NCBI RefSeq assembly: GCF_947568905.1
Contig: NC_079164.1
Coordinates: 3,596,001 to 3,660,000 of the forward strand
From: Ostrea edulis
Lineage: Eukaryota
Direction of reading: 5' to 3'
Length of the DNA: 64,000 nucleotides
Shown here in pieces: positions 1 to 10,869 of this stretch (the stretch's first letter is position 1; the number at the start of each line of letters is the position of its first letter). Under the pieces are notes generated by a model, which ran no database searches, was not told the DNA's origin, and saw only the letters and a program-made list of their open reading frames with translations. Both the position numbers and the translations under genes were made by a program.

Positions 1-250
1 CACTAATGCTGTATGTAGTAATGTTAATTTATACTCACAAACACTAATGCTGCATGTAGTAAACTTCACACTCACAAACACTAATGCTGTATGTAGTAAT
101 GTTAATTTACACTCACAAACACTAATGCTCTATGTTGTAATGTTCACACCCAGAAACACTAACACTGTATGTAGTAGTGTTAGTTCAAACTCACAAACAC
201 TAATGCTGTATGTAGTAATGTGTAGTAATGTTAACACTCACAAACACTAA
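1..250. repeat. Degenerate ~41-bp tandem repeat in an IQCD intron
   Basis: Repeated CACTAATGCTGTATGTAGTAATGTTAA..ACTCACAAA units. Confidence 0.85.
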
Positions 251-675
251 TGCTGTAAATGAAATTTACTCGATACTGCCATTAATGTTGTATGTACATG
301 TAGTATAAATTAAATATCACTAATGCTGCAGCACATTAAGTAGTTTGGGTATATTGAATATCACTAATGCTGCAGCACATTAAGTAGTGTGGGTATATTG
401 AATATTACCAATGCTGCAGCATGTTAAGTTGTGTGGTTATATTAAATACCACTAATGCTGCAGCACATTAAGTAATGTGAATATCAACAATGCTGTTTGT
501 AGTTATTCTGCATGCTTAGTAGTGTAATGTAAAATAAATTTTCAAGTGTGTGTATTTTTTTAATTATTTGAGTGGGGACATGATAGCCAAATACAGAAAG
601 CATATAATATTTTAAGTAGAACAAGAATTGATTTGATTCTCATTTATATTTTAATTTTCTGATGACCAATTACAG

Positions 676-1106
676 AAAAAGTTCCGGGTTGAATCCCAGG
701 TGGAGAACTGGATTCAGAAGTACGACACAGACATGAATGAGAGACAGGTACGGTTTTCGTAGAAAGGTTTGACAGATTATTAAAGATTTATTCCTTTGAT
801 GTACGTCAGAATTGTATGCTTGATTTTGGTTTTTGACAGAACGAGTACGAAGAAATCGACCTGGTCTACACAGAAGAAAAGAAACAACTTCACGAGCTCG
901 AGGAACGCTTCAAAACTCTGGAGGCCGAGTACCAGCAAATCATGGAGGAACGGCGAGTATCGCGTGAAAAACGCGAGGCTGCGGAACGAGAGATGGCTCT
1001 CATGGTTAAAGCCGCCACTACGATTCAGGCCTTCTGGCGGTCATTCAAAGTTCGCAAAGCGCTCAAGGCACGCAAGAAGAAAGGAGGCGGGAAGAAGAAA
1101 AAGTAA
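676..1106 (+). CDS. IQCD: Dynein regulatory complex protein 10 (IQ domain-containing D), last two coding exons; 5' part lies outside the window
   Basis: Exons 676-747 (KKFRVESQVENWIQKYDTDMNERQ) and 840-1106 (NEYEEIDLV...MVKAATTIQAFWRSFKVRKALKARKKKGGGKKKK*), AG/GT flanked, phase 0. The ENWIQKYD motif, coiled coil, IQ motif and basic tail match the IQCD C-terminus as I recall it. Confidence 0.9.
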
Positions 1107-2334
1107 ACTTATGTGTGATGTCACTAACTGCGTGGCTAGTTTGCTGGATGTTGTGTGGCTGTATAACAATCACTGTTGTGTATAAACTGACATGATTCGT
1201 ACCGTGCCACCATCACTGTTGTTGATATACATGTAATTTTGATTTCAGATATCAAGTTGATTAACATGTCCAGCATGAAATTACCAGCAGTGGGTTTTTT
1301 TTATATCTAACATATCAGTCACATTCACTATCACAATTTTTGTCATTTTTTTTTCAATTTCAGCAGATGGATAGTTGCCAATTCTGCACACACTCACCCA
1401 ACTAGAGGGCGGCATCCTCTGAATTTGGTTAAGTTTAAGTTATCCTCGTAAATTTGTGTAATCATTCACCACAGAATACATGTATGTGGTTTCCTTGTGT
1501 AGATATTTGTAACCAAAACCTAAAAATCACCCTCTTTTTACAAGCAAGTAACTCGCTTTCAGATTATTCGCGATGGCAACTACGCAGACTTGTAACTACC
1601 ATTTGTATACACGATATAGTGCTAGTCTCTGTCCTATACACATCATGATTTATGTGTGTGTGTGTGTGTGTGTGTGTGGCTGTCTCTGTACATGTGTTAT
1701 ACACATCATGATTTATGTGTGTGTTTGTGGCTATTAGCTGTCTCTATTTTGTAGTGTATCTGTAACGCATGGTTACTGAGTTGTCCCCCTTAACTACAAT
1801 ATATACTGAGTTGTCCCCCTTAACTACAATATATAATATTTCTATTACTTAGTGTTCTTTTGTGTAATTGTGATCAGTCATAATGTATACTTCCTTACTT
1901 TCAACTTGATGAGAAGGAAAATTCTGTTGATAAGAAACGTTGATTTTATCTTACAGTTTAGCGTAAAGACCTTGTGGTATCTGGTGTACAGACTAATTTT
2001 GTTGAATGATAAACGTTGACTTTTTGTTACAGCTCAGCGTAATGACCTCCCAGTTTCTGGTGTACACAATAAGCATTTCCTGTACAGTGTACGTAATTCT
2101 CGGCGTGCTGGACAGTTTCAAACGAGTGCTGGTGTGGTATTCAGATGTATATATATATATAATGCACACTATTAATTAATTCCGTCCAATCAAAATTACT
2201 CTGTTACAGATTTATTGACTTTTGTTACTGTCTATATGATATGAAATAAATTTCGTTCATGCCGTTATGCATTATATTATGTGTTTATTACTCCATTGAG
2301 AGACGTCATAATGTTCATGACACATACATGTAGA

Positions 2335-2600
2335 ACATGATTATAGTGAACTTTCGAGGACAGCAAAAAACAGTTCATTATAATTCATTATACAGTAAAG
2401 CACGGTTATAGTCCACCTTCAGAGCCAGTGAAAAACAGTTCATTATAACCCGACTTCATTATACAGTAAAACATGGTTATAGTGAACCTCCAGGACCAGC
2501 GAAAAACAGTTCATTAAAACCAAACTTCATTATACAGTAAAACATGGTTATAGCGATCATCCTGGGCAAGCATAACACATTCAATATAACCAAACTTATA
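2335..2600 (+). mobile_element. Tandemly repeated left terminus (~65-70 bp units) of a TA-CAGTAAAAC MITE family
   Basis: Units CAGTAAAACATGGTTATAGTGAACCTCC...AAACAGTTCATTATAACC match the element at 36807-37139. Confidence 0.7.
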
Positions 2601-3388
2601 TTCAATATATGACCAAAATATTCAATACAATGTTTGTTGTTTTACTCTCGTAGGAGAATAAATATCACTTAGAAATAAGCGGGAATTCATTGTAAGCATG
2701 TTGTACTGTGTATAAAAATATATATATATGGATATATTTATACATTGAGTATTTATGCATGTTTCAAGGTTACATGCACTGGTTTCAACCTGTCTCTTTT
2801 TAATTTTAAAACTCTGTCCGATTCCATCTTTGGGGTAAAATACTAGTGTATGCATAACTGAAATAGTTTGGTTGTAAATGTGTTGTATTTATAGAGCCAA
2901 GATTTACAAAACAATAGCACAGTATGATTCCATATATCACAAAAATATTAAAAAACAAAATATTCTATCAAAATTACAAATAATTATATCTTTATGTATC
3001 AGAGATAATAATTTCCCTTTATATGGAATTAAAATCTTAGTTCATACCTGATGTATAACATAATGCTTAGAGTTGGCCATCTTTTGCCCTGTGATTAGAA
3101 CCTCCAAGAAGTTAACATTAATTAAAATTCACATTGTACTGCTACGAATAAATTTGTAAGGATAAGAATAGAATACGAAACTTGCAGAATACGAAACTAA
3201 CTCACTGATTATGAAACTGCATGTACTTAAAACCATTTTAAGACATGTATCTATCTCTTTGAAAAAAATAAATGTGTATACAATTGCTTCTGCTGGTGCA
3301 CACTTAAAAGGAAGCACCCAGGTACTGTTCATGACTTCCCAGCGACATCTGTAACATTCATCTACATTACTACACAATCATAACACAA

Positions 3389-6300
3389 TCAGGAAGTCTT
3401 TGTCTTCTCCCATTGTTCAGGAGTTAAGGTCTTCATTTGGAAAGCATGGATGACTTTTAAATCTTCCTCTAAAACTTTATTCACTAATCTGAAAAGACAA
3501 AATATTTGTTTGTTATGCCTTTGATTAACAATTACTAATGAGACACTATATTGCTCGCCTGAGTTTCCGAAGTAAAACTCTAAACCCTCACTAAACAACC
3601 AATTAAGTAAGTTTTGAACAACACGTTGCAATTAAGAAGTTTACAAGCAACAAACAGGAAATGGCATACTTTAATCAGAAAAGCTAACTTGAGCTTTACA
3701 GTTAATAGAAACTATCAATAATTTGTCTATCTTCAAACATACAAGGCCATCATTAAAAACATTTTTGTTTGATGTACTCCGACCCACATTTTTCAAGGTG
3801 GGTCGGTAGGTAGGTTTTTCTTTTTTTTTTTTTTGGAACGTACGTCATGAAAATTTCTAATATTTTCATTCAAAATAAGGAGAATTTTCTATTTTTTAAG
3901 GGACCCCCCCCCCCCCCCCCCCAAATGAAATTTCAAATTGCTGAAAAAAAATGATAGGGTAGGAGCAAATTTGATGGGTCGGTCGGAGTACATCAAACAA
4001 ATCAATTTTTATTTTTGGCCCAAGGCATCTTGCTGACTACATCACTCAAGTGTTCATTCTTTCAAAACACAGAAAAGATTCTGCATTCTGATCAAGGTGT
4101 TTGATCCTCTCAAAACAAAGAATAACCATGACTCCACATTCTGATTCAAGTTATTGACATTTCACCAGATTAAACACAGATTTTTTTTCCTTTCATTTCT
4201 CTTCTTCACCAAACGCTCAGTATTTAGAAGTGATAATCATGGCTTTCAGATGTGACCTTAGAAATGGAAGTCCCAAGTTGCAGCAGGCGTTGGCAAGTTA
4301 AGGAACTCTCACTGCTACATGTATGGTCCTAAGTGCTAAGCCTAGGTCTAAATTTGGTTGAGATATTTGGAATGGTCGTGATATTTGTACTGGTTGAGAT
4401 ATTCAGAGTGGTTCTAATATTTGGACATGCTGAGATATTTGTGCTGGTTGAGATATTTTTCTGGTTGTGATAATTGGACTGGTGGTGATATTTGGACTGG
4501 TTGAGATATCTGGACTGGTTGAGATATTTGGACTGGTTGATATATTTGTGTAGGTTTAAATATTTGGACTGGTTGAGATATTTGGACTGGTTATTATATT
4601 TGGACTGGTTGATATATTTGGACTGGTTGTGATATTTGCAGTTGGAAATGATATTTGGACTTATTGAGATATTTGGACTGGTTGAGATATTTGGACTGGT
4701 TGTGATATCTGGACTGGTTGATATATTTGTGTATGTTTAAATATTTGGACTGGTTGAGATATTTGGACTGGTTGATATATTTGGACTGGTGGTGATATTT
4801 GGACTGGTTGAGATATCTAGACTGGTTGAGATATTTGGACTGGTTGAGATGTTTGGACTGGTTGAGATATCTGGACTGGTTGAGATATCTGGACTGGTTG
4901 AGATGTTTGGACTGGTTGAGATATTTGTGTAGGTTCAAATATTTGGACTGGTTGAGATATTTGGACTGGTTGAGATATTTGTGTAGGTTGAGATATTTGG
5001 ACTGGTTGAGATATTTGGACTGGTTGAGATGTTTGGACTGGTTGAGATATTTGTGTAGGTTGAGATGTTTGGACTGGTTGAGATATTTGTGTAGGTTGAG
5101 ATATTTGGACTGGTTGAGATATTTGGTGTGTTTGTGGTCATTAAACTGGTTGTAAAATAAACGTACATTTACATCAATACAAAAATCACTCCACTTATAA
5201 TAACATAACAAAGTCAAATCTTGCCTTGATTGGTTCAGATGGTCTAAGAATTCTGTAATTAACATTAAAGTTACCTGTGTCTTTGTAAAAGTGGAAGCCC
5301 TTCAAATTTGGAGGAGACAATCACCGTCTGAAATTTGGCACCACACCCATCTGACATGTCCATCACCTCCTAATACAGATAGATAGAGACGAGTCAACTC
5401 TAATGTTTCTTTAAACAGATGGAAGCAAGTTACCTCTAGACTAATGCTTTCATTCATACAGTCATGAATTTTCAGATAACATATAATCAATTTGTGTTCA
5501 TAATATCTGCAGGTCTCTAACATTTATGCGACTTCCCGTAGGCCATCATCTCGAGCCACAGTTCCGAGTCCACATAGAGAGAATGTACATTCTGGCCTTG
5601 GTTTGCGATAATGTCAGTACCTACATAATTAAGGGGTAAAGAACTAAATTCGCATGTTGTCATCAAGACATCCCCCCCTTTAAAGAAATTAAAATGATGA
5701 ATGTTGATCCAAATCAATTAACAAGCACTAATAACACTTTATACTTTTTCTATCTGCTTATAAATTCACAAAATTAATGAAAGTGTCCAGGTAGTACACA
5801 TGTGGTGCGTCTTTGAATGTCACTTGAAATATATATACTTTATAAATCAAATGAGTTACTCATCTTGCTAAAATTACTCAATCCATGGTCACCTGTGAGA
5901 TTTGCACTTGTGATCTATAGAATCCTTATAATGTCATGTACATGGGGGTCACATAGTGAGGAACATTCATAGACCATGAAATGGCGGTGGTTTTATCGTA
6001 AAAATCTAAACACATATCAAAACTTTGATACTAATTTTATATGTAACAGGAAGGGAGAAAATACAGCAGACCAGACTGGGATTTGAACCCGGACCCCCTG
6101 AATCTAGTCAGGTGCTCTACTAACTGAGCTATCTGGCCACCAATGATCGAACCTGTCTCAGGCTGCCACATTCCTTCATCCTTAAATGTCTGCACACCTT
6201 GCACACATCAACTCAAGAATTTTTTATCCCAGCTCTCCTCTCAGGCATTTTCACCTGTCAGTTCCAGGGGCTGGTCTACAGCACCAAATGCAACAGGAAG

Positions 6301-7084
6301 GGAAAATATACAATTGACCAGACCAGGACTCGAACCCGGGCCCCCGGCCTGAATCTCTAATCTAAATCAACTGAGTTATCTGGCCTGAATCTCTAATCAG
6401 ATGCTCTTTCAACTGAGTTATCTGGCCACTGGCGATCAAATCCATCTGACCACCACATATACATATAATATAATGCTTCAGTGTGATTAAAATCAGACTC
6501 CATACTCATTATGATAATGAGACTGGAATTGTTTATGGTTTGAGTGTCAATTTTTACAATTATTTCATGCATATATCAAATTCAAAATTACTACAAATGT
6601 GGGTTCTTCCAGGCGTTTTGCCCTGTGGGCCCCAACAAAGGTTTCGTCCTACACCAACTAACCCTCCTGCGATATGATTCATTACTTCAGCTACATAGAT
6701 TTACAGTATTTAATCAGGGACCTATATACTAATACTTAGTATATATAGGTCCCTGATTTAATGCATTTCTAGAAATTGAAATGTTTTTATCGCTACGCCA
6801 TTGACAAGAACTTAGAAGTCTCAAATAAAACATCCCAGTGATATAATGAATAACATTTAAATAAGGATTTGTGACAAGTCTCTTTTACGAAAATATCAAT
6901 CGAGACAAAAATTAAGTAAGAGGAAATTCGAGCCAATATATAGTTAAACGTGAAATTTAAAATTCTTCGTAGAATAAAAAAATCATAATTCAAAAATAGG
7001 AATAGAATATTTTACCAGATGAGTTACGTCAGCCAATTCTGGTGAAGATTTCAATTTCTGTTCAATGTGCTCCGTGCTCGACAT
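3389..7084 (-). CDS. BOLA2: BolA-like protein 2, 87 aa, 3 exons
   Basis: Exons 7084-7016 (MSSTEHIEQKLKSSPELADVTHL), 5369-5275 (EVMDMSDGCGAKFQTVIVSSKFEGLPLLQRH-R) and 3488-3389 (LVNKVLEEDLKVIHAFQMKTLTPEQW EKTKTS*). Splice sites are canonical and phases are 0 and 2. GCG, VS.KFEG..LLQRHR.VN and IHAF..KT.TP.QW are BolA2 signatures. Confidence 0.95.
3745..4020. mobile_element. MITE in BOLA2 intron 2
   Basis: Perfect 21-bp inverted repeat TTTGTTTGATGTACTCCGACC at 3764-3784 and 3981-4001, with GGCC at both outer ends. Confidence 0.75.
4380..5125. repeat. 18-bp minisatellite (GACTGGTTGAGATATTTG) in BOLA2 intron 2
   Basis: Dozens of 18-bp units; explains the NQSKYL and DWLRYL repeat ORFs. Confidence 0.95.
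6045..6430 (-). mobile_element. tRNA-derived SINE-like element with two tRNA-like heads in BOLA2 intron 1
   Basis: The minus strand of 6069-6138 folds as a cloverleaf (GGCCAGA/TCTGGTC acceptor, GCTC/GAGC D-arm, TTCAAAT T-loop) but has a 6-nt anticodon loop. A second diverged copy lies at about 6325-6428. Confidence 0.7.
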
Positions 7085-7301
7085 TTTCTTCTTCCGAATG
7101 AAACCGAAACTAAACAAAACGATAATAAAGTTTCAAAATTCCATGATATTTTCGTGACGGGTATAGACTATAAAAAATGATAACAAACAAATTACATGAT
7201 TTTTGTTTCGTTAAATGGTAAAAGAGTTGATAATATCTCAGATAAAAAAAAATTTAACATAATTTCTTTTTATCTAAACGTCATCTTATTTCTGTAATGA
7301 C
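7085..7301. promoter_or_regulatory. Short bidirectional promoter/5'UTR region between BOLA2 and SelO
   Basis: Divergent ATGs at 7084 (-) and 7302 (+), 217 bp apart. Confidence 0.7.
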
Positions 7302-9365
7302 ATGTCAACGAGAGAGCTACTTTCACTTTATCTTTTTATACTACATTTCCTTTACAATGATGCTGTTTTTGCAAAGTCCGGTGCATGTAGAAAGCTGTCT
7401 CTTTTGGACTTAGTTATAAAAGATGAATGCCCGAGTGTCTTTATTCTACACAGTTTCAAATCGTGGAAATTTAATCGAAGGCAGGTGCTTGCTAGATCTT
7501 TTCCTTTGGACCCCATCGTACAGAACTACGTGAGACAAGTCCACGACAGTTTATTTTCCGTCACATACCCTATGCCTTTAAAGTCACAGACCTACCTTGT
7601 GTCATATTCTAAGTCAGTTCTCGTCGATATTTTGGACTTGTCAGACGATGTTGTCAAGAGTGCAGAGTTTGTGAATTTTGTGAGTGGAGCTAAGGTATCA
7701 CCTGGTTCTATCCCCCTGTCACACAGGTATGGAGGGCACCAGTTTGGCTACTGGTCAGGTCAGCTGGGGGATGGACGGGCAGTGATGTTAGGGGAGTACA
7801 CCAATCAACAAGGAGAGACATGGGAGCTTCAGCTGAAGGGGTCGGGGCGGACTCCATATTCTCGTCGTGGGGATGGGAGGGCGGTTCTCAGATCATCAGT
7901 CAGAGAGTTCTTATGCAGCGAAGCAATGTTTCATCTTGGTATGTAAGCTTTTGCTTAGCTTGTAACTTACACGTACAAAGCAATATCAGTACGTCCAAAT
8001 AATGTTTGTATTATGTGTATAGGGGTATTGCAAACTATAAGTACTAAAACAATCATTATAGTTACTGGCCAGAAAATCAATCTGGAAGTATAGCCACGAT
8101 CTACGTCATTATTTTGTGTTTTTCATGCTTCAGGTATTCCTACCAGTCGTCTACGTCATTATTTTGTGTTTTTCATGCTTCAGGTATTCCTACCAGTCGT
8201 CTACGTCATTATTTTGTGTTTTTCATGCTTAAGGTATTCCTACCAGTCGTCTACGTCATTATTTTGTGTTTTTCATGCTTCAGGTATTCCTACCAGTCGT
8301 GCAGCAGCTCTTGTGGTGTCAGATGACCCTGTGATACGCGACCAATTTTATGATGGAAATCCGAAACCGGAGAGAGGTGCCATTGTCTTACGACTGGCTC
8401 CTTCCTGGTTCCGGATCGGGTCTCTGGAAATCCTGGCCAAAAACAACGAGATTCAACTTCTTCGACAGCTTTTAAACTTCGTAATTGAAAAATACTTTCC
8501 CCACATAGACAAAACTGACCAGGATAAATACCTAGCTCTGTACAGTACAATTGTGTCAGAAACTGCGGAACTGATTGCAAAATGGCAGAGTGTGGGCTTC
8601 ACCCACGGTGTTTGTAATACAGATAATTTCAGCCTGCTTTCCCTCACAATTGATTATGGACCTTTCGGATTCATGGAGGAATACAACCCAAACTTCGTAC
8701 CAAACACCTCCGATGATGAAGGGAGGTACAGTTATGAAAACCAACCTGGTATTGGTGTTTTTAACTTGGAAAAATTAGGAGAAGCATTAAAACCGGTACT
8801 GAGACACCATCAGACAGAACAAATACAACATATACTGAACGGTTATGAGAGAAATTACAAGGAAAAGTTTATGGAACTATTTAGACAGAAACTAGGGTTG
8901 TCTACTGATAATGAAGATGATGAAAATATTGTTGCAGTATTTCTGAAAATCATGGAAGACACCAAGTCAGATTTCACTATGTCATTTCGAGAACTTGGAG
9001 AAATTGATCTGATGGGATTAAACTCTGATACTATACCTCACAAATACTGGGCATTGACCACAATGGCAGATCATGAGTGGTTCTGGAAATGGATTGCAAT
9101 CTACAAAACCAGATTAACACAGGAGGGAACATCAGAGAAAACGAGACAGTCCCTTATGAATAAAACAAACCCTAGGTACATACTGAGAAATTGGATGGCC
9201 CAGGAGGCAATACAAAGGGCAAACAGAAATGACTTTAGCGGGGTTATCGAACTTCTCAGGGTCCTGGAACACCCCATGGAATGGAACGCAGAAGCAGAGG
9301 AGGCAGGCTACTCCTCCCTACCCCCAGAGTGGTCCAAATCACTCCGGGTCAGCTGCTCTTCATGA
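7302..9365 (+). CDS. SELENOO: Protein adenylyltransferase SelO-like (YdiU/UPF0061 family), Cys-type, 2 exons
   Basis: Exon 1 is 7302-7938 and exon 2 is 8284-9365, joining as HLG|IPTSRA. Motifs [60 protein letters not shown] and IDYGPFGF are intact; the C-terminus is [14 protein letters not shown]. Confidence 0.95.
8101..8300 (+). repeat. 4 x 50-bp tandem duplication spanning the SelO exon-2 splice acceptor
   Basis: Unit CTACGTCATTATTTTGTGTTTTTCATGCTTCAG|GTATTCCTACCAGTCGT at 8101, 8151, 8201 and 8251. Confidence 0.97.
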
Positions 9366-10114
9366 GCCTAATTTGTATACATGTATTGAGGTGTATTTAT
9401 TAAAACGTTTTACCATGTTGTTGTGCTTTTGTTGTCTGTAGCTGAATTAACAATCACAATAAACAATCTGGGTCAAAAAGAGAAATTATTGGTATATCTA
9501 ATCTGCTGGTGACAATCGTGTCATTAAGTTGATCAGATTCTTGGGTGAAAAAAAATATTTATTTTTTTATATATATATAGTTATGTTTTGGCTAAAAACA
9601 AAAATAAACCTAGCTGGGATGTCAAAAATCACAATTTACACATAGATATTCTTTATTAAAACATTCTTTTCACCTCTATTGTAATTTCTTATTTATGAGG
9701 ACCAGTTTATACATGTTTTTAGTTTGTCCTCCAGTGAATTTGACGTTTTAATCTCCCTTGGAAACCAATTATAGGAACCCAATACTGAAAATTTAAATCG
9801 TATCAAATTAGAGGCCCATGGACCCAATGGTCGCCTGAGTATCACAGAATGCGAATCAAATTAGACGTGTTCTGTGTATCCTACAATTCTTCAGGAGTAA
9901 AGAAGATGTATTAGAATTGTATACATTACTATTTTCAGAGGTCTTGATCCTACCCCTAGGGCCCCATATGGCAAAAAAGATTTTTTGTTTACCTACCCCA
10001 AAATGATATTACACAGCAATGGTAATGAAAAACTGGTCAGGAAAGCTGTTTAAAAGAAATAATTTAAAAGATGTTCAAAAGTTGAGAATGGATGAGCATG
10101 ATTACAATGGATAA

Positions 10115-10457
10115 GCATAATGAGAATAAGAATGATTGGTTTTATATAGTGCTTTTTCCAGCGTATGCTGCTCAAAGCGCTTTACATTGCATTATTACCC
10201 CGGCAGACCTTATATCAATTCTAGAACTTTCTCAGCCTCCTAGGAAGCACACGGTGCAAGCTGCCATTACAAGCGCTAGAACACTAACATTCTAACAATA
10301 TCTTTCACTGTCTATAGCCAGGTACCCCTTTTACACTTGGGTGGAGTGAGGAAATTCATGTAAAGTGCCTTTCCCAAGGACACAACGTCGGCCAGGACTC
10401 GAACCCACGACCTTTTGGTCGAGAGTCTGACAGCCTAACCACTAGGCCACTGACGCC
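10115..10457 (-). mobile_element. tRNA-derived SINE with LINE-like 3' tail
   Basis: Minus strand has A-box GTGGCCTAGTGGTTAGG, B-box GGTTCGAGTCC, central GTGTCCTTGGGAAAGGCACTT...CACCCAAGTGTAAAAGGGGTACC, and tail TGTAAAGCGCTTTGAGC..AAAAGCACTATATAAA. Confidence 0.8.
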
Positions 10458-10544
10458 ACAAGCATGGCAATAGGTCGTGAGTGTCTCAGTTCCGTGTGGT
10501 GCCTAACTAACATAAACCTATGTGTAGCTAATTGAAGAAATCAT

Positions 10545-10860
10545 TAACTATCTGAAGATATCGTTAACTATCTGAAGATATCATTAACTATCTTAAGATA
10601 TTTTTAACTATCTGAAGATATCATTTCTTAAATCATATTGCTTTTGAATTGATGAGAGCAAAAATTGCACTGCATTGATGATGTGCATCATGAATTAGAA
10701 TTTGATAAGAGCAATTGAGCACCACTATGCCTCCTTACACTCATTTAAGTGTCACTATACTTCCTTATGCTCAGTTGAGTATAACTCGGCTTCCTTATAC
10801 TGAGTTTAGTGTCACTATGTTTCTTTATTCTGAGTTGAGTGTCACTATGCTTCCTTATAT
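10545..10860. repeat. Two short degenerate tandem arrays (~20 bp and ~30 bp units)
   Basis: TAACTATCTGAAGATATCAT units at 10545-10625; CTTATACTGAGTTTAGTGTCACTATGCTTC-like units at 10715-10860. Confidence 0.75.
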
Positions 10861-10869
10861 TCAGCCTAA

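Noticed and set aside
796-1185. 129-aa ORF in the track
   Set aside because: It is the wrong frame over the IQCD last exon; the true frame starts at 840 and matches DRC10.
3129-3377. 82-aa minus-strand ORF next to BOLA2
   Set aside because: It lies just past the BOLA2 stop in the presumed 3'UTR and has no recognisable motif.
4594-5265. 223-aa NQSKYL repeat protein and the antisense DWLRYL ORF
   Set aside because: Both come from an 18-bp intronic minisatellite. Retaining BOLA2 intron 2 gives AGG TAA immediately, so the ORF cannot extend BOLA2.
8166-8283. Hydrophobic N-terminus of the 399-aa ORF read as a standalone membrane SelO
   Set aside because: It is repeat-derived intron sequence upstream of the acceptor; the N-terminal half of SelO is in exon 1 (7302-7938).
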